DNA of 64,000 nt from Gloeobacterales cyanobacterium (GTDB lineage: Bacteria > Cyanobacteriota > Cyanobacteriia > Gloeobacterales > PMM-0068), in contig JBBRSB010000001.1 in NCBI GenBank assembly GCA_038245785.1, positions 160,001 through 224,000 of the forward strand, in the 5' to 3' direction. The translations under genes and the position numbers were made by a program. This document shows positions 8,375 to 15,763 of this stretch, piece by piece. Within the stretch, counting starts at the first letter, position 1, and every line of letters begins with the position of its first letter. The notes under the pieces were generated by a model. The model saw nothing but the letters and a program-made list of their open reading frames with translations, made no database searches and was not told the DNA's origin.

Positions 8375-8809
8375 ATGAGTAAAACAGATTTGGCAGATTT
8401 TAACTTGTGGATCGCTCAAACAACTCAGCTATTGCGAGAGCATCGTTGGCACGAAATTGATGTGACACATCTGATTGAGGAGATCGAGGACTTGGGTAAG
8501 AGTGAACGACGGGGGATTACTAGCCAACTAACTCGTCTTTTACTGCATGTGCTCAAATGGCAATATCAACCTCAGCGGCGCTCAGATAGCTGGCTAGACT
8601 CTATAACTGATGCTCGTACTCAAATTGAATTAGTCCTTGAGGATAGTCCTAGTCTTGCAAGCTATCCTGCAGAAAAACTTGAAGAGAGTTACCAACGCGC
8701 ACGTTGTCAAGCAGCTAAACAAACCAGTTTAGAAATCTCGGCATTTCCAAATGCTTGTCCCTATTCTGTAGAGCTGGTTTTAGCAGAAGATTGGCTACCG
8801 GAGGGCTAA
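8375..8809 (+). CDS. DUF29 family protein
   Basis: DFNLW...Q, LIEEIEDLGKSE, LLLHVLKWQYQP, SW..SI...R, SPSL and FP..CPY. Confidence 0.9.
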   Translation: MSKTDLADFNLWIAQTTQLLREHRWHEIDVTHLIEEIEDLGKSERRGITSQLTRLLLHVLKWQYQPQRRSDSWLDSITDARTQIELVLEDSPSLASYPAEKLEESYQRARCQAAKQTSLEISAFPNACPYSVELVLAEDWLPEG

Positions 8810-8846
8810 CAGTTCAAACACCGCAGACACAATTTAGCTGGACTCC

Positions 8847-9044
8847 ATGGCAAAAGACATCTTTCACAACACCGTTAAAACCGCCCTCCAAAAAGACGGT
8901 TGGATCATTACCCACGATCCATATAAACTCCGCTACGGAGTTGCTGATGTTTATATCGACCTAGCAGCGGAAGACGCGATCGCCGCCGAAAAAGAAGGGC
9001 GTAAAATAGCTGTATGCGAGGTCATTGACCAATGGATAGAATAA
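8847..9044 (+). pseudogene. xisH: XisH-family protein with an in-frame internal deletion
   Basis: N-terminus MAKDIFH..VK.AL.KDGW.IT.DP...IDLAAE...KIAV joined directly to the C-terminal EVIDQWIE; 65 aa, about half the usual length. Confidence 0.8.
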
Positions 9045-9358
9045 CCGAGTATCGACAAATTGTTCGTAATTTTTTAGAAGATTTTGCCAAAGATGACGCA
9101 AACGCCCAACTAATTTTTGACCTTGAGCGCGATCACTACCTGGTCATGCATAACGAATGGCGCGAGGACTATCGCATCTATGGCTGTGCCATGCAGCTAG
9201 ATATTATCGAAGGTCAAATTTGGATTCAGCACAATAGCACCGAGATTTATATCGATCGCGAACTCATTCAGCGCGGCGTTTCTCCCAAAGACATCATTTT
9301 TGGGTTTCGCTCCCCCAACATCCGTCAACGCATCGCCGCTGCGTTGTACGGGACCTAA
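9032..9358 (+). CDS. xisI: XisI-family protein
   Basis: MDRITEYRQIV, QLIFD.ERDHY, IWIQHNSTE and GV.PKDI.FGF. Confidence 0.9.
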   Translation: MDRITEYRQIVRNFLEDFAKDDANAQLIFDLERDHYLVMHNEWREDYRIYGCAMQLDIIEGQIWIQHNSTEIYIDRELIQRGVSPKDIIFGFRSPNIRQRIAAALYGT

Positions 9359-9470
9359 AATTGTCTCCATAGTGCTGACACAATTGAGCTGGACTCATAA
9401 TGCCCTCAGACATTCTCTAGAGTCTCTCGCGATAGGCTCAATCCGCTAAAATTCATACAGGAGGCACTTT

Positions 9471-9703
9471 ATGTCAAAAACCATTCAAGGAATTTATAAA
9501 AACGGCAAAATCGAACTTGCCAACATACCCCAAGGAATTACAGAGAGCCAGGTTTTGGTGACGTTCAGAACCTCCAGTCCTCCAAGACAGCCCAGCCCGC
9601 TATGGTTTTTGGAATGTTCTCGGGCATTCAGCAATCCACAGAAGCAGATTTCAAAGAAGCAGAGTTTAACGGCGACGCTGACGATGCCCTCAATTGGGAA
9701 TGA
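9471..9703 (+). pseudogene. Frameshifted putative antitoxin upstream of a PIN toxin
   Basis: N-terminus MSKTIQGIYKNGKIEL...VLVTF. A plausible C-terminus (MVFGMFSGIQQSTEADFKEAEFNGDADDALNWE*) continues in another frame after about 9566. Confidence 0.55.
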
Positions 9704-9715
9704 TTTCTCAGCACC

Positions 9716-9892
9716 ATGAAATATATTCTCAATACCCATGCGCCGATCTGTTTCCTGGAGGGCAACTCACGATTAGGGACCAGTGTTCAAGCGATCCTTT
9801 CTGAGCCCACGAGTGAACTCATCCTGCCAGCGGTTGCCCTTGAAGCTGTTGAAAAATGGTTGAACGGAATTTTCTACACTCAAGGATGGTGA
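9716..9892 (+). pseudogene. vapC: Truncated VapC/PIN toxin
   Basis: MKYILNTHAPICFLEGNSRLG...IL......LILPA.AL resembles the PIN N-terminus LDTHALIWFL, with the catalytic Asp changed to Asn and a stop after 58 aa. Confidence 0.7.
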
Positions 9893-9991
9893 AAGTGCTT
9901 TAACGCAAACCGATCCAACAGACTATCAAAACCTGAAACCCTTATGTAACAAGTAAAAAAGTGCTTAAAAGCAAATCGATGCAAGAGCAAT

Positions 9992-11071
9992 ATGAACGAA
10001 GCTGACTCCCTCGATCCACAGATTGACACCGCCTTCCAGCGCTCAGAGCAAGCCCTCTTGAGCGAAATCAGTCAGCTTATCGATGCCGCCAAACAACGTA
10101 CTGCTGTTGCCATCAACGCTGAAATCACCCTGCTCTATTGGCAAGTCGGCAACCGCATCCAAACCGAAGTCCTCCAAGGTCAACGCGCCGAATACGGCAA
10201 ACAAGTGATTATCGCTCTCTCCAAAAAGCTCACCCAAGCTTACGGTAGAGGCTGGAGTGAACGTCAATTAAACTACTGCATCCTGATTGCAGAAGTTTTT
10301 CCCAATCGAGAGATTCTGCACACACTGTGTGCGGAATTGAGTTGGTCGCATCTCAAACTGATTATCGGCATAGAAAATCCCCTAAAACGCGATTTCTACA
10401 TCGAAATTGCCAAACTCGAACGATGGAGTGTTCGCCAATTGCAAGAACGCATCAACTCCATGCTATTCGAGCGCACCGCTCTATCACGCAAACCCGAAGA
10501 CACCATTCGCCACGATCTAGAGCAACTGCGTCATACTCAACAGGTATCGCCCAATCTGCTGCTTAAAGACCCCTACATCCTAGACTTTCTAGATTTGAAC
10601 GATCGCTACCTCGAAAAAGACCTCGAAGATGCCATTTTGCGAGACATCGAGCAATTTTTGCTGGAACTTGGTGCAGGTTTCACCTTTATTGCCCGTCAAA
10701 AACGCATACAAATCGACAATGACGACTTTTACATCGACCTGCTGTTCTATAACCGCAAACTCAAACGCCTCGTCGCCATCGAGCTCAAACTCGGCAATTT
10801 CCAGGCCGAATATAAAGGCCAGATGGAACTTTACCTGCGCTGGCTTGCTAAATACGAACAGGAGCGTGATGAACAGCCACCCTTGGGAATAATCTTATGT
10901 GCAGGCAAGAAGCAAGAGCAGATTGAATTGTTAGAGCTAGATAAAAGTGGCATTCATGTTGCCGAATACCTCACCGTATTGCCGCCCAAAGAATTGCTCC
11001 AAGCCAAACTGCAAGAATCGATTACTGCTGCCCGTCGCCGATTATCTTCTCCAAACGATGAGTCTACATGA
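9992..11071 (+). CDS. yhcG: YhcG/DUF1016 family PD-(D/E)XK nuclease-domain protein
   Basis: LYWQVG, RAEYGK, LSWSH, LKDPYILDFL, FLLELGAGF.F..RQ, IDLLFY, AIELK and GQMELYL. Confidence 0.92.
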   Translation: MNEADSLDPQIDTAFQRSEQALLSEISQLIDAAKQRTAVAINAEITLLYWQVGNRIQTEVLQGQRAEYGKQVIIALSKKLTQAYGRGWSERQLNYCILIAEVFPNREILHTLCAELSWSHLKLIIGIENPLKRDFYIEIAKLERWSVRQLQERINSMLFERTALSRKPEDTIRHDLEQLRHTQQVSPNLLLKDPYILDFLDLNDRYLEKDLEDAILRDIEQFLLELGAGFTFIARQKRIQIDNDDFYIDLLFYNRKLKRLVAIELKLGNFQAEYKGQMELYLRWLAKYEQERDEQPPLGIILCAGKKQEQIELLELDKSGIHVAEYLTVLPPKELLQAKLQESITAARRRLSSPNDEST

Positions 11072-13410
11072 ACGAATCCGAAACCCGCGCCGAACTGATT
11101 GATCCAGCCCTTAGAGCCGCAGGCTGGGGAGTCATTGAAGGCAGCCGCATCCGCCGGGAAGTCATTGCTCCCGGTCGCTTGGTCGGTGGGGGGAAACGCG
11201 CTCAGGCAGACATCGCCGATTACGTACTCGTCTATAGCGGCGAAAAACTCGCGGTCATCGAAGCCAAAAAGCGCAGCTTGTCCGATACCGAAGGCGTTGG
11301 CCAAGCCAAAAAATATGCTGAAAAACTAGAAACCCGATTCGCCTACTCCACCAATGGCGACGGTATTTATCAGATTGACATGCGTACCGGGATAGAAAGC
11401 TATATCAGCCAATATCCCAGTCCTAATGAGCTGTGGGATGCCACCTTTAGCGAAACTAACGCATGGCGCGACCGCTTTGCCGACATCCCATTTGAAGACA
11501 GAAGCGGCACCTGGGAAGCCCGCTACTACCAGCACAATGCGATCAAACATGTTCTAGAGGCGATCTGCCAGGGAAAAAACCGTATTTTGCTAACGATGGC
11601 AACAGGAACAGGCAAAACCTTCGTCGCCTTCCAACTCACCTGGAAACTCTTCCAAAGCCGCTGGAATTTGAGCCAAGAACCTACCCGCCGCCCCCGCATC
11701 CTATTTCTTGCCGACCGCAACATTCTCGCCAACCAAGCCTATAACTCTTTTTCCTCCTTCCCCGACGATGCCCTGGTGCGGATTGACCCCGAAGAGATCC
11801 GCAAACGAGGCCGAGTTCCTAAAAACGGCAGCGTCTTCTTCACCATTTTCCAAACATTCATGACTGGAAAAGACGAGGATGGCAATCCCACTCCCAAATT
11901 CAACGACTATCCCCCATACTTCTTCGACTTCATCATTATTGATGAGTGTCACCGGGGCGGAGCCAGCGACGAGAGCAACTGGCGCGGCATCTTAGAATAT
12001 TTTTCTCCCGCTGTGCAGATGGGCCTCACCGCCACCCCCAAACGCGCTAACAACGCCGACACCTACGCCTATTTTGGCGATCCGGTCTATACCTATGCCC
12101 TCAAAGATGGCATCAACGATGGATTCCTGACCCCCTTCAAAGTTATGCAAATCGAAACCACTCTCGATGAATACATTTACAGCACCGAAGACAGCCTGAT
12201 TGAAGGTGCTGTTGACGAAGCAAGAACCTATACCGAAGCCGACTTCAACCGCATCATCGAAATTGAAGAGCGCGAACACTACCGAGTTCAGCTTTTCATG
12301 GAAGCGATTGATCAAAACCAAAAGACCCTGGTTTTTTGCGCCACCCAACTCCACGCTCTGGCCGTGAGAAATTTAATTAACCAGATGAAGATTAGCACCG
12401 AGCCAAATTACTGTGTCCGCGTGACTGCCGACGATGGGAAACTCGGCGAACAACACCTCAGAACCTTTCAAGACAACGAGAAAAGCATTCCTACTATTCT
12501 CACCACTTCCCAAAAGCTCTCTACCGGAGTTGATGCACGGAACGTCCGCAACATTGTGCTGATGCGCCCGATAAATACGATGATCGAGTTCAAACAGATC
12601 ATTGGTCGCGGCACTCGGCTGTTTGACGGCAAAGACTATTTCACCATCTACGATTTTGTCGAAGCCTACGCACACTTCAGCGATCCTGAATGGGATGGCG
12701 AACCTCAAGAACCCGTGCTGGTGACTTCTAGAAAGACCCGCGAGTCAAGAGGTGAATACAACACACGCACAGAAACTAGCGACGAGGGTGATGAAGGAAC
12801 AGAAACCCGCCGTCGCCCCGAACTCATCAAAATAAAGCTAGGTGATTGCAAAGAACGCATCATCCAACACTGGATGTCCACCAGCTTTTGGAGTCCAGAC
12901 GGTAAGCCTTTATCTGCTGCTGAATTCGTGGAACGCCTTTTTGGCGAAATTCCAGAACTATTCAAAGCCGAAGACGAACTACGGGCGCTGTGGAGCCGCC
13001 CCGACACCCGCAAAGCACTGCTGGAAGGACTGGCGGAGAAAGGCTATGGTAACGAACAACTCACAGAGATTAGCCGTCTGATCGACGCCGAGAAAAGCGA
13101 CCTGTATGACGTGCTGGTTTACATTGCCTATGCGACTGCACCGATTAGCCGCCGCGAGCGAGTCGTGGCCCATGAAGCACTGATCTTCTCCCGCTATGTC
13201 GGCAAACAGCAAGAATTTCTAAACTTCGTGCTTGATCGATACATCAGAGAAGGGGTAGGAGAACTCGATCGCTCGAAATTATCTCAACTGCTGGAGCTGA
13301 AATATCATGATGTTCGTGATGCCATTGAAGAATTAGGGAGCGTTGCAAATATAAGTGAAGTGTTTATCGAGTTTCAGCAATATTTGTATTCGCAGGAAAG
13401 TGCAGCTTAA
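11068..13410 (+). CDS. hsdR: Type I restriction endonuclease subunit R (EcoAI/EcoEI-like)
   Basis: Nuclease motif ADY...IEAK, Walker A MATGTGKT, DECH, TATP, QIIGRGTR and an EcoEI-R-like C-terminus; ATGA overlap with yhcG. Confidence 0.93.
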   Translation: MNESETRAELIDPALRAAGWGVIEGSRIRREVIAPGRLVGGGKRAQADIADYVLVYSGEKLAVIEAKKRSLSDTEGVGQAKKYAEKLETRFAYSTNGDGIYQIDMRTGIESYISQYPSPNELWDATFSETNAWRDRFADIPFEDRSGTWEARYYQHNAIKHVLEAICQGKNRILLTMATGTGKTFVAFQLTWKLFQSRWNLSQEPTRRPRILFLADRNILANQAYNSFSSFPDDALVRIDPEEIRKRGRVPKNGSVFFTIFQTFMTGKDEDGNPTPKFNDYPPYFFDFIIIDECHRGGASDESNWRGILEYFSPAVQMGLTATPKRANNADTYAYFGDPVYTYALKDGINDGFLTPFKVMQIETTLDEYIYSTEDSLIEGAVDEARTYTEADFNRIIEIEEREHYRVQLFMEAIDQNQKTLVFCATQLHALAVRNLINQMKISTEPNYCVRVTADDGKLGEQHLRTFQDNEKSIPTILTTSQKLSTGVDARNVRNIVLMRPINTMIEFKQIIGRGTRLFDGKDYFTIYDFVEAYAHFSDPEWDGEPQEPVLVTSRKTRESRGEYNTRTETSDEGDEGTETRRRPELIKIKLGDCKERIIQHWMSTSFWSPDGKPLSAAEFVERLFGEIPELFKAEDELRALWSRPDTRKALLEGLAEKGYGNEQLTEISRLIDAEKSDLYDVLVYIAYATAPISRRERVVAHEALIFSRYVGKQQEFLNFVLDRYIREGVGELDRSKLSQLLELKYHDVRDAIEELGSVANISEVFIEFQQYLYSQESAA

Positions 13411-13511
13411 TTGGGCAGGTGGATACCCCTGCGATCGATTAAACGGACGAATGGAAAGAGAATAAACCGTGCGCTAGATTGATTGCAAGAACCAGAGCAT
13501 GATACTATCGC

Positions 13512-13540
13512 TTGACAATAGTACTGCTGCGCAGTAGTAT
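13512..13540 (+). promoter_or_regulatory. higBA promoter with operator palindrome; probably a leaderless transcript
   Basis: TTGACA (13512) -17 bp- TAGTAT (13535); near-palindrome TACTGCTGCGCAGTAGTA at 13522-13539; GTG start 7 nt after the -10. Confidence 0.75.
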
Positions 13541-13546
13541 TAAATT

Positions 13547-13831
13547 GTGATTGTAAGTTTCAATTCTGACGAAACAAAGCTTATCTTTGATGGCTTTACA
13601 TCTCGCTACTACCCACCCGATATTCAAAAGATTGCTTTGCGCAAACTTCTCCTGTTAAATGCTGCGATATCAGTTAATGACTTGCGTGTTCCACCAGGGA
13701 ATAGATTAGAGAAGTTATCTGGCGGTTGCAAAGGGCAATACAGTATCCGGATTAATAGTCAATGGCGAATTTGCTTTGTCTGGTCAGATGAGAATAACTC
13801 AGCTCAAGTCGAAATTGTAGACTACCACTAA
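13547..13831 (+). CDS. higB: HigB-family toxin (RelE/ParE superfamily)
   Basis: DLRVPPGNRLEKL.G...GQYSIRINSQWRICF and EIVDYH. Confidence 0.93.
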   Translation: MIVSFNSDETKLIFDGFTSRYYPPDIQKIALRKLLLLNAAISVNDLRVPPGNRLEKLSGGCKGQYSIRINSQWRICFVWSDENNSAQVEIVDYH

Positions 13832-13854
13832 GAAAAAAACGTACAAAAAACGTC

Positions 13855-14163
13855 ATGAACAACAACCGTCTGCCAAACATTCATCCTGGTGAAATCCTAC
13901 GCCTGGAATTCCTGGAACCGCTAAATATTACTTCCTATCGGTTGAGTAAGGATATTGGTGTAGGGCAGACACGAATCAGCGAGATTTTGTCTGAAAAACG
14001 AAGTATTACAGCAGATACGGCTCTGCGCCTGTCACAATATTTCGGTAACAGTGCTCAATTCTGGCTGAACTTACAGACACAGTATGATTTGCGTCAAGCT
14101 CAAGAAGAAAATGCGGAGATTTACAGTCAGATTCCCGCAGCTCAGCTTGCTCACTTGAGCTAA
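13855..14163 (+). CDS. higA: HigA-family antitoxin (HTH)
   Basis: IHPGEIL..EFL.PL, ITADTALRL..YFG and FWLNLQ..YDL. Confidence 0.93.
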   Translation: MNNNRLPNIHPGEILRLEFLEPLNITSYRLSKDIGVGQTRISEILSEKRSITADTALRLSQYFGNSAQFWLNLQTQYDLRQAQEENAEIYSQIPAAQLAHLS

Positions 14164-14252
14164 CTGGAATATCTAGGTAAAACTGTATTCATATGTTTTA
14201 GGCTAAGGTGCTAATTCGTAGTAACCGAAGAAAAAACCATCCAGTTGAGCAA

Positions 14253-14600
14253 TCAGATATACCGAACCTGATTTTCCATCTCGTCTGCCGTCACTTGATT
14301 CAAAATCACCAGTAATCGTTGCACAATTTCTTGAGGTGAACGACGGGTAGCCAAGATTACACCATAATGTTTTCGCTCTGCAGCAAAATATGTTTGGATA
14401 AGCTCTTCAAAATCACTACGGTTATGTGTAACTAACGCTCTTTTTTGGTTAACTGCGTATGCAAGTTGTTCCTGATCACTTGCTTGAAGTTGTCCTGCAT
14501 CTCTTACGGTTAAAGCATCAAACCCTCTTGCATTTAGTAAATTTCCCACTAAAACATTTACATCTTCATCTAGGTATAAACGAATAAACAAACTACTCAT
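14253..14600 (-). CDS. DUF5615 PIN-like putative toxin
   Basis: LYLDEDV, SDQEQLAYA, LVTHNRSDF and HYGVI. Confidence 0.85.
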   Translation of the reverse strand: MSSLFIRLYLDEDVNVLVGNLLNARGFDALTVRDAGQLQASDQEQLAYAVNQKRALVTHNRSDFEELIQTYFAAERKHYGVILATRRSPQEIVQRLLVILNQVTADEMENQVRYI

Positions 14601-14878
14601 AGATCTCGCACCAACGGATCAAGTAGATCATCAGGAATTCGGTTGCGCTCGATATAGGCGTTAATCTCATCTTGATGATCACTGTAGTAGCTCAAGGCAT
14701 CGAATATCTGTGCCAGTGTTAGATGCGGTAAACCATTTGGGATTTCCTCAGGGGCAATTCCCATACGCCAAGTTTCGACAATTGCCCTAATGGGTGTACG
14801 GGTCCCTTTAATAATTGGCTCACTGTTTAGAATCTGCTCGTCTCTAACTATGTAAAGATGCTCCGTAGATTGAACCAT
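14597..14878 (-). CDS. DUF433 putative antitoxin
   Basis: EPIIKGTRTPI and LTLAQIFDALSYY; 4-nt overlap with the DUF5615 gene. Confidence 0.88.
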   Translation of the reverse strand: MVQSTEHLYIVRDEQILNSEPIIKGTRTPIRAIVETWRMGIAPEEIPNGLPHLTLAQIFDALSYYSDHQDEINAYIERNRIPDDLLDPLVRDL

Positions 14879-15010
14879 AGTGGATTGTTCCGTATAGTGA
14901 TGCCGTCAAATTTAATTGTAGCGATTCTGTCACCACATGATGTAGTGCAACCGACCCAAAGCCAATAAGATTCTCACCCCAAACCCTCACACATCCGCCA
15001 TCACAGAAAG

Positions 15011-15757
15011 TCAACCGAGAAGCACTCTATCAACAAACTTTTGAATTAGATTATTAGATTCAGGCGTTTCCTGTAGATTATCAAGAATGTTCTGCAGCAT
15101 GTCGTGACTATCTAAATATCTATCTCGATAACGGGTAATGCGCGTACTTAAATCCTGTTTATCCAATTCTGGATGGAATTGGAAACCATAAAAGGGCTTA
15201 TCTCCTATCTTCAAAGCATGGTGTTGACATAGTGCCGATGAAGCTAGCAAGATTGCATCTTTGGGCAAAAAAACGGCCCGTTCTTTATGACCTGAAACAG
15301 CCCAAAATTCACTGGGAACATCGCAAAAAAGGATATCGTTTTGGGCAGCTTCTGTGAGCTGGAGTGGATACGTTCCCATCTCCATATTTTCCTTATCTAG
15401 AATCACCTTGCCGCCTAGAGCTTCTACCACTAGCTGAAATCCAAAACAAGAGGCGAAGACAGGAATATTTTGGTCTACACAATGGAGCAATAGCTTTTTA
15501 GCATCTTCCACAAAAGGATAAATTTCTGGTTGAATGACCGAGGCATCACTGGAGCCACCGACAAAGAGTGCATCGTAACCCTTGATACAGGAGTCTTCGA
15601 AATATGGAGTTTCGAAGACATTCAGAACAGTAAATTGTCCTTTGGGAATTTGACTGTAGCGTACAAACTTAGCCAGTTCTTCTTCGCGTGTTTCTTGATC
15701 GTCACGAATTTGCATTAGTAAAATGCTGAGTTTTTCACGCTTTTGGGTTAGGGGCAT
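15011..15757 (-). CDS. Class I glutamine amidotransferase
   Basis: FASCFGFQ nucleophile elbow and FQFHPE catalytic His-Glu. Confidence 0.88.
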   Translation of the reverse strand: MPLTQKREKLSILLMQIRDDQETREEELAKFVRYSQIPKGQFTVLNVFETPYFEDSCIKGYDALFVGGSSDASVIQPEIYPFVEDAKKLLLHCVDQNIPVFASCFGFQLVVEALGGKVILDKENMEMGTYPLQLTEAAQNDILFCDVPSEFWAVSGHKERAVFLPKDAILLASSALCQHHALKIGDKPFYGFQFHPELDKQDLSTRITRYRDRYLDSHDMLQNILDNLQETPESNNLIQKFVDRVLLG

Positions 15758-15763
15758 GGCAAC

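Larger units (their letters stand above)
8826..9396 (+). repeat. 20-bp direct repeat flanking xisH-xisI
   Basis: GACACAATTTAGCTGGACTC (8826-8845) and GACACAATTGAGCTGGACTC (9377-9396), 19/20 identical. Confidence 0.8.

Noticed and set aside
8847..9358. xisH/xisI as evidence of an fdxN-type excision element
   Set aside because: No xisF recombinase or interrupted nif/fdxN gene is present; xisHI pairs are common stand-alone modules.
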